NCBI RefSeq assembly: GCF_000284115.1
Contig: NC_017080.1
Location: forward strand, 2,490,001 to 2,522,000
Length of the DNA: 32,000 nucleotides
Reading direction: 5' to 3'
From: Phycisphaera mikurensis NBRC 102666
GTDB taxonomy: Bacteria > Planctomycetota > Phycisphaerae > Phycisphaerales > Phycisphaeraceae
The notes beneath the pieces were generated by a model that ran no database searches, was not told where the DNA came from, and saw only the letters and a list, made by a program, of their open reading frames with translations. Made by a program: the position numbers and the translations under genes. Shown here piece by piece: positions 1 through 13,723 of the stretch (position 1 is the first letter of the stretch; each line of letters opens with the position of its first letter).

Positions 1-1
1 G

Positions 2-1090
2 CTGGCGGCCCAGTTCGTCGGTTCCGGCGGGACGCCCTCCAATCCGCTCGCCAAGCGGGCTCGCGAACGGGGCTGGCTGCTGCAGGACGCGAGCGGGCGC
101 TACGCCAACGGGTCCAACGGCTTCGCCTGGATGAACCCGGCGGTCCCGGAGGTGCGGGAGCTGATCGTCGGCATCACGCTCGATTCGATCCGCCGCCACG
201 ACCTCGACGGCGTGCAGTTCGACGACCGGCTCGCCTGGCCGGCGGAGTTCGGCTTCGACGCGACGACGGCGGCGCTCTACCGCGAGCAGACCGGCCGGTC
301 GCTGCCCGCCCGCGCCGACGACGCGGCCTTCCGCTCCTGGAGGCAGGATCAGGTGACCACGCTCGCCCGCGAGATCAGCCGCGCGGTGCGGGCGGAGGCG
401 CCCGGGGTGCGGCTGAGCCTGAGCCCGTCGGTGACCGGCTTCAGCGACCGGGCCTACAACGCGCCCTGGACCCGGTGGCTGGAGGAAGGCCTCTTCGACG
501 AGTACGTCCCGCAGGTGTACCGGGCCGACCTCGCCGCCTACCGACAGGCGTTGACGCAGAACGCCGCCCCCTTCCAAGCCGGCGGCCGCCTCGGCGACCT
601 CGTGGTGGGCCTCCGCCTCAACGGCAGCGGGGCCGACACCGAGCTCGGCGTGCTCCGGCAGCAGATCGTCGACGCGGCGCTGCTGCCCGGCGGGGGCGCG
701 GCCGGCCACGCCATCTTCTACGCCAAGGGCGTGCTGGAGAACGCGGACGCGCTCGCCGCTTTCTACGGCGGCGAGCGGGATCCGCCCTTCTTCGCGAGCG
801 ACCGCCGGCCGCCGCCGCGGGTGGCCTCGCCCGACGCGGCGGACGGCCTCTGGCGCGTCGAGGTCGCGGAGTCGATGAGCTACCGCGTCGTGGCGGAGAT
901 CGCGGGGCGCTGGGTGGAGGTCGATCGTCGCTTCCTGGCCGCCGGACCGGCGAGCTTCGCGGTCCCCGGCGCCACGGCGGTGGAGCTGCTGGTCGACCGG
1001 CGGGCCCGCCACGCGGTCCCCGAGCCGGCGGCGGCCGCCGTGCTGCTGCTCGCGCCGGCGCTGGTCGCGCGGCGGCGCCGCGCGGCCTGA
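2..1090 (+). CDS. Family 10-like glycosyl hydrolase (GHL10/DUF187-type), 3' part only, with C-terminal PEP-CTERM-like sorting signal
   Basis: Frame is open from base 2 through the listed ORF at 131. Motifs GVQFDDRLAWP, YREQTGRSLPA, GVRLSLSPSVTGFSDRAYNAPWTRWLEEGLFDEYVPQVYR match the GHL10 pattern. C-terminus is VPEPAAAAVLLLAPALVARRRRAA. Confidence 0.8.
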   Translation: MAAQFVGSGGTPSNPLAKRARERGWLLQDASGRYANGSNGFAWMNPAVPEVRELIVGITLDSIRRHDLDGVQFDDRLAWPAEFGFDATTAALYREQTGRSLPARADDAAFRSWRQDQVTTLAREISRAVRAEAPGVRLSLSPSVTGFSDRAYNAPWTRWLEEGLFDEYVPQVYRADLAAYRQALTQNAAPFQAGGRLGDLVVGLRLNGSGADTELGVLRQQIVDAALLPGGGAAGHAIFYAKGVLENADALAAFYGGERDPPFFASDRRPPPRVASPDAADGLWRVEVAESMSYRVVAEIAGRWVEVDRRFLAAGPASFAVPGATAVELLVDRRARHAVPEPAAAAVLLLAPALVARRRRAA

Positions 1091-1153
1091 ATCCGCGGAT
1101 CGCGGGCTCCGCCGCCCCGCGGCGGCCGCGGTCCGCGGCGCCGGCCGGCCGCT

Positions 1154-1627
1154 TCAGCGGCTGGGCAGCTCGGCGAACTCCAGGTAGAGGCGGAAGAGGT
1201 CGCCGAGCATCCGCGTGAGCTCGTCGGCGGCGAAGGGCTTCACGAGGTAGAGGTTGCAACCCGCCGCGTAGCTCTCGTCCACGTCCCAAGGGGCGGTGCT
1301 GGTCGTGAACATCACCACCGGCAGGCGGGCGTACCGCTCGTCGCCGCGGAGCTCGCGGAGGAACTGCTTGCCGTCGAGCCGCGGCATGTTGACATCGAGG
1401 AGGATCAGGCTCGGCCGCGGGAGCGGGCCGGACACCCTCTTGTCGGCGCCGCGGTTGCGGAGCAGGTCGAGCGCCTCCAGGCCGTCCATCGCCTCGACGA
1501 CGTCCAGCGGGCGTTGCAGGCTGGCGATCGCCATCCGCGCCAGCTCGCGGTCGTCGGGGTTGTCGTCAACGAGCAGAACCACCGGTCGCGGAGGCTCGAC
1601 GGCGGGCTTCGGGTACGTCTGCGTCAT
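1154..1627 (-). CDS. CheY-like single-domain response regulator (Rcp1-like)
   Basis: VVLLVDDNPDDRELA, LILLDVNMPRLDGKQFLRELR, VVMFTTS, YLVKPF motifs; no output domain. Confidence 0.92.
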   Translation of the reverse strand: MTQTYPKPAVEPPRPVVLLVDDNPDDRELARMAIASLQRPLDVVEAMDGLEALDLLRNRGADKRVSGPLPRPSLILLDVNMPRLDGKQFLRELRGDERYARLPVVMFTTSTAPWDVDESYAAGCNLYLVKPFAADELTRMLGDLFRLYLEFAELPSR

Positions 1628-1695
1628 CGGGAACCGCTTCGGAGGAACCGTCGGGCGGCCGAGGGCACCTCCTGACTGGCCCGGAGCAGGGGAGT

Positions 1696-3921
1696 CTAGC
1701 GGCTGGAGCCGCCGCGTCGCCGGGCCGCGGGCAGCTCCACCAGGAAGCGGGTTGGCATCTCGTCGCCTTCGTCGCGCTCCGCCCAGACGCGGCTGCCGTG
1801 CCGCGAAAGCACCCGCCGGACGATCGAGAGGCCGACGCCCGACCCGGGGGAAGACTGCGGGTGGAAGCGGCTGAACGGCTCGAACAGACGCTCCGCCGCC
1901 TCGGGCGGGAAGCCCACGCCGCGATCCGCCACGACGATGCGGACCGATCCGGCGGGAGCCCCGGGCTCGGGCCGCACCCGGACCGTCGGCGGCGCGTCGC
2001 CGGCGTACTTGATCGCGTTGTGGACGAGGTTCTGGAAGGCCTGCCTCAGCATCGTCTCGTCGCCGATCACCTGGGGCAGCGGCTCCACCCGCACGTCCGC
2101 GCCCAGCCGGGTGATCTCGGCGGCCAGGTCCTCGAGAACCTCCACCAGGACCGCGTCGAGGTCCACCGCCGAGGTCCGCAGCACGCCGCGGCCCACGCTG
2201 GCGAAGGCGAGCAGCGAGTCGAGCAGGTCCGCCATCCGCCCGCCCGCCCGCTGGATCCTCTCGAGGTGCTGGCGGGCTTCCTCGTCGTGAGCGACGGCGG
2301 GGCCGAGGAGGCCGACGAAGCCGATGATGGTCCGCAGCGGGCTCCGCAGGTCGTGGCTGGCGACGTGGGCGAACTGATCGAGTTCCCGGTTGCGGCCGGC
2401 CAGCTCCTCGAGCCGGTCCTCCAGTTCCGCGGTCCGCTCCGCGACCTGGTGCTCCAGCTCGAGCTTGCTCCGCTCCAGCGCGGCGCGGGTCTCGTGGCGG
2501 TCGGTCGCGTCGACGGCCGTGCCGACGTGGCCGATCAGGCGGCCGTCGCGGGTCAGCCGCGGGCGGCAGTACAGCAGCATCCAGCGGGTGGCCCCGGTGG
2601 CGTCGGTGAGCTGGACCTCGTGCTCGAAGCTCGCGCGGGCGGACGGGGCGTCCGGAGCGGCGGGAGCGGCGGGCGCCCGCGACGCCGCGGACGCCTCGGA
2701 CGCGCCCGCACCGGCCGCCGGGTCGCCGCCGCGCCGGTCCCGGTCCAGGCGGAGGATGCAGCGATGGAGCGTCCGCCGGCCCTGGATGCCGCTCCGCCCC
2801 GAGCCGAAGAAGCGTTCCAGCTCCGGGTTCAGCCAGACGGTCTTGGCGTCGATCCCGCTCATCCAGAGCATCAACGGCGACCGCCTCGCGAGGTCCATGA
2901 AGCGGCTCTCCGACTCCCGTCGCAGCTCGCCTTCCTCCTCCAGCTGCCCCTCCAGCCGCCTCGCCCGCGCGGCCAGCTCCCGCTCGGCGGTCTTCGCCGC
3001 GTGCACGTCGAGGTGGAGCCCGGCCATGCGCAACGGCTTCCCGTCCGCGTCGCGGCGCACCGCCTCGCCGACCGTGCGGATCCAGTGCCAGTGGCCGTCG
3101 GCGTGCCGCAGCCGCACGGTCCGGTCCAGCCGCGGCTCGCGGTTGTCCAGCACCGCGGCGAGGTGCGACTCGAAGCCGGGGAGATCATCGGGATGCATCT
3201 CATCCTGGACCTCGCTCGGATGCGAGGCCTCCGGCGGCGGCTTCTTGCCGCGGATCGCCCAGCAACGCTCGCTGAAGTCGATGTAGCCCTTCCCGCCCTC
3301 AGGGTCGGCTTCCCAGGTCCAGGTCCCGCCGTCGGCGGCTTCGAGCGCGAGCTCCAGCTGCTCCTGCCGGGACATCGCGGCCGTCACCTCCACCGCGAAG
3401 CCGCCGGCGACCCGCTCCTCCGGGGAACCCGCAGCGAACGGAAACTTCACGACGAGCCAAGCCCGGGAGACGCCGTCCGCCGCGGTGACGCGCTCGACGC
3501 CCTGGAACGCGGCGTTGGATTGCATCACCTCGCGGTCGTGGCCGCGGACCCGCTTGAGCTCGTCCGGGGCCATGCCCAGCGCCGAATCGGGGTGGCCGAT
3601 GACGTCGCCGGCGCGGCCCGCGAAGCCGAAGCGCTCCAGCAGCTTGGGGTTCGCGTAGCGGTGCACCCCGGCGGCGTCCTTCACCCAGGTCACCACCGGG
3701 AGCGCCGCGAGGAAGCGCAGCGCGTCCTCGCCCGAGAAGCCGCCGCCCGCTCCGCCCGCGGGCCGGTCCACGCTCGTCTCCTCGGGCCCCGCGCCACGCT
3801 CCGCCGCCAGCCGCCTCCGGGCCTCGTCGAGCTCCCGCTCCAGCTCCCGGACCCGCCGCTCCGCCTCCGCGAGGCGGTCCGTCGCTGCACCGTCGTTCTG
3901 GCCAGGATCTTGGCCCTCCAT
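1696..3921 (-). CDS. Multi-PAS sensor histidine kinase
   Basis: N-terminal coiled coil, several PAS-like segments, HisKA HASHDLRSPLRTIIGFVGLL, HATPase motifs NLVHNAIKYA, DRGVGFPPE, GSGVGLSIVRR. Confidence 0.93.
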   Translation of the reverse strand: MEGQDPGQNDGAATDRLAEAERRVRELERELDEARRRLAAERGAGPEETSVDRPAGGAGGGFSGEDALRFLAALPVVTWVKDAAGVHRYANPKLLERFGFAGRAGDVIGHPDSALGMAPDELKRVRGHDREVMQSNAAFQGVERVTAADGVSRAWLVVKFPFAAGSPEERVAGGFAVEVTAAMSRQEQLELALEAADGGTWTWEADPEGGKGYIDFSERCWAIRGKKPPPEASHPSEVQDEMHPDDLPGFESHLAAVLDNREPRLDRTVRLRHADGHWHWIRTVGEAVRRDADGKPLRMAGLHLDVHAAKTAERELAARARRLEGQLEEEGELRRESESRFMDLARRSPLMLWMSGIDAKTVWLNPELERFFGSGRSGIQGRRTLHRCILRLDRDRRGGDPAAGAGASEASAASRAPAAPAAPDAPSARASFEHEVQLTDATGATRWMLLYCRPRLTRDGRLIGHVGTAVDATDRHETRAALERSKLELEHQVAERTAELEDRLEELAGRNRELDQFAHVASHDLRSPLRTIIGFVGLLGPAVAHDEEARQHLERIQRAGGRMADLLDSLLAFASVGRGVLRTSAVDLDAVLVEVLEDLAAEITRLGADVRVEPLPQVIGDETMLRQAFQNLVHNAIKYAGDAPPTVRVRPEPGAPAGSVRIVVADRGVGFPPEAAERLFEPFSRFHPQSSPGSGVGLSIVRRVLSRHGSRVWAERDEGDEMPTRFLVELPAARRRGGSSR

Positions 3922-3923
3922 GG

Positions 3924-6900
3924 CTAGACGCTAGCGGGAAGGGGCGTGGCCGACGCCCGGTACGGGCGGAACGGCACCGCGGTGCCGCGGTCTTCGCGGA
4001 ACACCAGCCCGCGGAGCGGACCCAACCCCGCCGCGTCGGTGGCGTCGGTCAGCGCCGCGGAGTCGTTCGACGACATCTGGAAGAGCACCCGCGTGTTGAA
4101 GGCGCGGAGCCCCGCCCGCCCGACCGCCGACTCCAGCGCGTCCGCCCCGTCGGCGAGGAGCAGCAGGTGCAGCCCGCAGGCGGCGCCGCGCTCGACGAGG
4201 TCGGCGAGCGCGGCGCCGGGTGCCACCGCCTCGGCCGCCTCCGCTTCGCCGGGCTCGTCGTCGAAGGACGGCAGCGCGAAGGCCTCCTCCTCGGGTTCGA
4301 GCCCGCGGATCCGCTCGACCCCGAAGAGGGCGAGGACCGCCGCCGCCTCTTCGGCGTCCCCCTCCGCCTCCCGCCGCAGCAGCTCCGCGTGGAAGGCGGC
4401 CAGCGCATCCGCGGCGCGGGCTCCGCCGACCGCCCGCGTCCCGGACGGACCCGCCGCGCGGACCCGCTCGTCGAGGCCGTCGACGCCGCCGCCGAGCACC
4501 GCCCACAGCGGCGGCAAGCCGTCCGCGGGAGCCGACGGCGGGAACTGCGGCGCCAGGCACGCCGCCGCGTTGAGCAACAGGTCCCGCCGGTCGCCCTCGC
4601 CGCCGCCGGCGGCGGCGATGTGGCCGTTGCGGACGCGCTCCAGCCGCACGGCCACCGGCCCGGAGAGCGCGATCGGCTCACCCACCCAGAAGACCGGCTC
4701 CGCCGGGCCGGCGTCCGGCGGCGAAGCCTCCCGCAGGCGACGCAGCTCGGCGTTGTCGCCGAGGTCGGCCGCGGCTCCGCCCTCGAAGACCACCGGCCCG
4801 GGGGCTGGCTTCCCGCCCGCCCGCGACTCCGCCAGCTCGCGGATGCCCGCCAGCACCTCCGCCTGCTCGCCCTCGGGCAGCCACGCCACCTGGAAGCGTC
4901 TGTTCGCCTCCACCTCGCCGCCCCGGTCGTTGTGGATCGCTTCGCCCGGGCGGACCAGCGTGCCGGCGGCGGGGTTGTCGTCGCCGAGGATCAGCTGGCT
5001 GTCGGCTTCGTTGCAGGCGAGGGCGATCCGCACGGCCATCTGCCCCAGCGTGCCGCGGGCCAGCTGGGCGGCGCCGCTGAGCGACTGGCTGCCCAGGACG
5101 GCGTGCATCCCGAAGGCACGGCCCTGACGCACGAGACGGTCGAGCAGCGCCGCGGCGTCCTGGGCGATGCGGTCCTCCCGCGCGAACAGCTCCTGGAACT
5201 CGTCCACGATGAGCAGCGTGCGGGGCATGCGGGCGCCGCCGCTCTCCGACGACTTCGCGCGGTACCCGGCGAGTCCGGCCACCCCCGCGTCGCGGAACAG
5301 GCGCCCCCGCTCGTCCATCTGCTCGTCGAGCTTCCGCAGGATCGCGAGCCCGAAGGCGCGGTCGCTCTCGACCGCGACCGCCCGCGCGTGCGGAAGCCGG
5401 TGCAGCCCGTAGGGCTTGAACTCGACCCCCTTCTTGAAGTCGATGAGGTACAGCTCGACCTCCTCGGGCGGGTAGCAGAGGCACAGGTTCGTCGCGAGCA
5501 CGTGCAGCAACGAGCTCTTGCCCGAGCCGGTCTTGCCCGCGATCAGGGCGTGCTGCGCGACGCCTTCGCCGAGCCGGAAACGCTCCAGCCGCGCCGCGCC
5601 GGACCGCCCCATCGGGACCTCGATCCGATCGGTCGCGTCGGCCGTCCAGCGTTCGGACTCCGCGGGCGCCACCTCCGCGAAGCCGACCGCCACCCGGTCC
5701 GCCCGCTTCGCGGCCTCGCCGACCGCCCGGACCAGCGACGTCGCCCGGGCGGCGGAGGGCGCGGGCTCGGGCTCCACCGCCCGGCCGTCGTACGCCGGCG
5801 TCTGGGCCAGCTCGAGGTCGCGGACCGCCGAAGGGGGGAGGCCCTCGCAGCCGGCGGGCAGCGGCTCGTCGGTGTCTCGCGACAGCGCCAGGAACACGCC
5901 GCACCGCGGGCCCGACGCCGCGAGGTTCTCGAGGCGGGCGGCGGCCTCGGGGCTGAAGCCGTGCGGGTAATCGGCGACGACCAGCAGGCGGTACGGCTCG
6001 GCGAGCGGGCCGGCGTGGGCGTTGAACGCCTCGACGTCGTCGTGCTCGTTGCGGAGCCGGTCCTGGATCACCACCGCGACGTGCTCGGTCAGCTCCGCGA
6101 GCTGGGCGTCGAGGTCTCGCGGCTCGCTCCAGATGCGGCCGCCGACCAGGCGGGGGTCGGCGTCGGCGAGGTGCATGAGGGCGGCGAAGCTCTCGCCCAG
6201 CCCCACCGGATCCAGCAGCGTCAGCCGCACCCGGCCCGGCGGCTGGGTCGTCAGCCACCGCAGCACCGCGGCGCGGAGGATCCCCACCGCACGCTCCCGC
6301 TCCGCGGCCGGCGCGGCCACCCGCAGAGACCGCGGCTCACCGGAACCCACCGGGCCCAGCACCGCCGGCACCGCGAGGCGTTCGGGCAGCGGCGGCAGCC
6401 CCGCGGGCCAGTCGATGCCGCCGAGCAGCTCGGCGCGGTCGACCTCGTGCGTCCCCAGGCGGACGGGACCGGCGCACGCCGCGGGCGGCGACCAGCCGCT
6501 CCACGCACCGTCCTCCCAGGGCGGGCACGCGGCGTCGGCCGCGTCCCGCAACCGGTCCAGCTCCGCGGTGACCGCGTGCAGCCCGCGGACCGCGTCCTCG
6601 CGGACCGCGATCCGCCGGCGGTCCGCGGATCCGGCGGCCCGGGCCGCGTCGCGGTCGCGGCGGGCGTCGGTGACCCGTTGCCGCTTCTGCTCCCGGGCGG
6701 CGAGGCCTGCCGCCGCCGCCTCCGCCGCCGCCGCGGCGTTCGCTTGGCGTCGGCCCGCCGAGGAGCCCACGCCCTGTTTCCGCACGCGGACCGCGTCCGC
6801 CAGCCGGCCGAGCCTCTCCAGGTTCGCCGCCTTCAAGCGCTCGATCTGCGGGCCGTGCTTCTCCTGCGTCTCGGCGAAGGCCGCGTCGCGGGCCGCGCGG

Positions 6901-7937
6901 GCCTCGCGGGCCTTGCGCTTGAGCCGCTCGAGCACGGCCCGGCCGCCGGCGGAAAGGGCCGCCGCGGACGCCGACCGCGCGGCCGCCGCCTCGCCCGCCA
7001 GCACCTCCACCCGCCGACGCGCCGCCCGCCGCAGCGGCCAGCCGGCCGCCACCGCCGCCATCAACGCGAGCAATCCGCCGAGCACCGCGCCCAGCGCCTG
7101 CGCCGCGAGGTCCGCCGACAGGCCCTGCGCGGCGGCGAAGCCGGAGAGGAAGCCGGGCAGCCGATCGCCGCGCTCGGCGGTCGCGATGGCGCCGCCGACG
7201 GCCCCCACCGCCGCGAGCCCCGCCGCCGCGAGCCAGGGCCCGGGCCCGACGAACAGCTCCGGCAGCACCAGCTTCTGCAGGCGGATGCGCGTCGCCTCGG
7301 CCCGCGCCAGCGCCGCATCGGTCGCCGACCAGGGATCCGCCGCGTCGGCGTCGGTGTTGGTGTCGGCGTCTTCGTCCGCGCTGGCTTCGGCTTCGTGGCC
7401 CCCGCTGCCGGCGAGGCGGCCGACCGAGGCGAAGCGGAGCCGCTTGAGCTCCTGCTCGGTCGCCGCCTTCTCCGCCACCCGCCGGGCCTGCCGCTCGGCC
7501 GCCGCACGCTCCGCCGCCGCCTTCTGCCGCTTGAGATCGGTGCTGGTCCCCTCGTAGACGCTGCCCGCCACCCAGCGCTCGTGCTCGAGCTCACGCTCCA
7601 GGACGCTGACCCGCCGGTCGGTCTGCTCCTGCAGCCGACGCCGCGCCCGCGCGGCCCGCGCCCGCAGCCCCGCCTCGTCCTCGGTCGCCGCCGCCTCGGC
7701 GGCCGCGGCCGCGGTCTCCGCGTGCCCGGCCGCCGCGGCGCGTGCCCGCTTCGCCCGACGCTGCGCCCGCTGCGAGGTCTCGCGGTGACGCGCCGCCACC
7801 GCCGCGGTCTCGCGTTGCCCGTCGGCCTCGGCCTCGGCCCAGGCCCGGGCCGCCGCGGCCACGACCTCCTTGAGCTCGGCGAGGAGGGCGCCGGCCGACC
7901 GCAGCGGCCGAGAGGGAGAATTCACGTCATCCGTCAC
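3924..7937 (-). CDS. FtsK/SpoIIIE-family (EssC-like) ATPase with N-terminal coiled coils and a transmembrane hairpin; GTG start
   Basis: Walker A GKTGSGKSS, FtsK-type EVELYLIDFKKGVEF, Walker B LLIVDEFQELF, GSQSLSG, NEADSQLILGDDNPAA. Two hydrophobic segments between long Ala/Glu/Arg-rich coiled coils. Confidence 0.88.
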   Translation of the reverse strand: MTDDVNSPSRPLRSAGALLAELKEVVAAAARAWAEAEADGQRETAAVAARHRETSQRAQRRAKRARAAAAGHAETAAAAAEAAATEDEAGLRARAARARRRLQEQTDRRVSVLERELEHERWVAGSVYEGTSTDLKRQKAAAERAAAERQARRVAEKAATEQELKRLRFASVGRLAGSGGHEAEASADEDADTNTDADAADPWSATDAALARAEATRIRLQKLVLPELFVGPGPWLAAAGLAAVGAVGGAIATAERGDRLPGFLSGFAAAQGLSADLAAQALGAVLGGLLALMAAVAAGWPLRRAARRRVEVLAGEAAAARSASAAALSAGGRAVLERLKRKAREARAARDAAFAETQEKHGPQIERLKAANLERLGRLADAVRVRKQGVGSSAGRRQANAAAAAEAAAAGLAAREQKRQRVTDARRDRDAARAAGSADRRRIAVREDAVRGLHAVTAELDRLRDAADAACPPWEDGAWSGWSPPAACAGPVRLGTHEVDRAELLGGIDWPAGLPPLPERLAVPAVLGPVGSGEPRSLRVAAPAAERERAVGILRAAVLRWLTTQPPGRVRLTLLDPVGLGESFAALMHLADADPRLVGGRIWSEPRDLDAQLAELTEHVAVVIQDRLRNEHDDVEAFNAHAGPLAEPYRLLVVADYPHGFSPEAAARLENLAASGPRCGVFLALSRDTDEPLPAGCEGLPPSAVRDLELAQTPAYDGRAVEPEPAPSAARATSLVRAVGEAAKRADRVAVGFAEVAPAESERWTADATDRIEVPMGRSGAARLERFRLGEGVAQHALIAGKTGSGKSSLLHVLATNLCLCYPPEEVELYLIDFKKGVEFKPYGLHRLPHARAVAVESDRAFGLAILRKLDEQMDERGRLFRDAGVAGLAGYRAKSSESGGARMPRTLLIVDEFQELFAREDRIAQDAAALLDRLVRQGRAFGMHAVLGSQSLSGAAQLARGTLGQMAVRIALACNEADSQLILGDDNPAAGTLVRPGEAIHNDRGGEVEANRRFQVAWLPEGEQAEVLAGIRELAESRAGGKPAPGPVVFEGGAAADLGDNAELRRLREASPPDAGPAEPVFWVGEPIALSGPVAVRLERVRNGHIAAAGGGEGDRRDLLLNAAACLAPQFPPSAPADGLPPLWAVLGGGVDGLDERVRAAGPSGTRAVGGARAADALAAFHAELLRREAEGDAEEAAAVLALFGVERIRGLEPEEEAFALPSFDDEPGEAEAAEAVAPGAALADLVERGAACGLHLLLLADGADALESAVGRAGLRAFNTRVLFQMSSNDSAALTDATDAAGLGPLRGLVFREDRGTAVPFRPYRASATPLPASV

Positions 7938-7999
7938 GCGGAGAAGCTACCAACGCCGTGGCTCTCGTCGGGCGCGAAGGGCCGGAAGCCCCGCGGGGT

Positions 8000-12803
<4,804 letters not shown>

Positions 12804-12843
12804 CTGAACTCCGTGTCTTCTCGGCGGTCCGCGGCCGGGGGTG

Positions 12844-12876
12844 GGCCTGTGCCCCTGCCGCCCAGAGGGGCAGGCC
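12844..12876 (-). promoter_or_regulatory. GC-rich hairpin in the putative metY 5' leader
   Basis: GGCCTGTGCCCCT ... AGGGGCAGGCC: 11 bp stem with a 2 nt bulge and 9 nt loop, about 40 nt upstream of the metY ATG. No known riboswitch core recognised. Confidence 0.3.
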
Positions 12877-13014
12877 GGAGCCGCGGATCGCTTCGAATGG
12901 TGGTGCCGGAGAGGGCAGCCGGGGGCTTGGAATGGGCGGCGGCGGCGGGGCCCACAAGGCCCCGGCGCGGGTGAATCGAAGAGCGTAGCGGGGCGCGGGC
13001 GGTACGCTGGAGGC

Positions 13015-13281
13015 ATGGCCGAGCCGCAGAACGAGCCGGACCGGGTGATCGGGGTCGTGCCGGCCTGGATGCAGCGCTGGGGCGTCGCGGAGGCTTGGAG
13101 CTTTGACGCCGTGGGTGTGGGTGGCGACCGGGACGAGCACGGGGTGGTGGTCCGCTTTGCCGATGGTCAGCCACGCGGCTACTACGCCCTCTGCGAAGCG
13201 GAAGCCGACCTCGCCGATCGGCTCGGGATCCGGGTCATGATGCTGACGCGGGGCGCCGTCGACGACTTGGTAGACCGCTAG
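13015..13281 (+). CDS. MNT-type nucleotidyltransferase-fold protein with degenerated active-site motif (possible MntA-like antitoxin)
   Basis: AWSFDAVGVGGDRDEHGVVVRFADG...LADRLGIRVMMLTRGAVDD aligns by eye with lFGSvARGedrpdSDIDLLVEF...LEELLGRrVDLVT. Located just upstream of a HepT-like gene. 88 aa. Confidence 0.6.
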   Translation: MAEPQNEPDRVIGVVPAWMQRWGVAEAWSFDAVGVGGDRDEHGVVVRFADGQPRGYYALCEAEADLADRLGIRVMMLTRGAVDDLVDR

Positions 13282-13342
13282 CGCCGCGACGCCATCGAGG
13301 GCAGCATGCGGCCCCTGACCCCCACCCACGGCCGGGCTGCGC

Positions 13343-13702
13343 ATGCAGCCTGAAGACGCCCGCAGGCTGCGAGAGATCGTCGATGCCGGGCGTCGCGTTC
13401 AGGCATACGTGGGCGAGGAGGGCGCCGCCGTTGCGCTGAAGAGCAATCAATGCCGCTCGCCCATCCTCTACCAGCTGGTTGTCCATGGCGAAGCCGCGGC
13501 TCACGTCAGCGAGGACACGCGTGCAGCATTGGCGGCGGTGCCCTGGCGTGCCATGAAAGACTTTCAAAACCTGTTGGTCCACCGGTATTGGTCGATTCAC
13601 GATCCGACGCTCACCCACATCGTGGAGGTGGAGATGCCGCCGGTGCTGCGGGCGATCGAGGATCACTTGACGACGCTCGGCGACGAGTCGACGTCGGGAT
13701 GA
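13343..13702 (+). CDS. HepT/DUF86-like protein
   Basis: MQPEDARRLREIVDAGRRVQAYV N-terminus; ILYQLVVHGEAAAHVS; PWRAMKDFQNLLVHRYWSIHDPTL matches PWR.i.gmRNrLvHgYf.iD except R to Q. Confidence 0.72.
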   Translation: MQPEDARRLREIVDAGRRVQAYVGEEGAAVALKSNQCRSPILYQLVVHGEAAAHVSEDTRAALAAVPWRAMKDFQNLLVHRYWSIHDPTLTHIVEVEMPPVLRAIEDHLTTLGDESTSG

Positions 13703-13723
13703 AGGACAGCGCCGGCTGCGGAG

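Noticed and set aside
1091-1153. GC-rich palindromes between the convergent hydrolase and response regulator genes as a bidirectional terminator
   Set aside because: Short CCGCGG-type palindromes are expected by chance at this GC content and no T-tract is present.
3924-7937. Possible phage-defence or conjugative function for the FtsK-like protein
   Set aside because: No adjacent nuclease, relaxase, T4SS or defence-domain genes are visible, so only the secretion-like/sensor-linked hypothesis is kept, at moderate interest.
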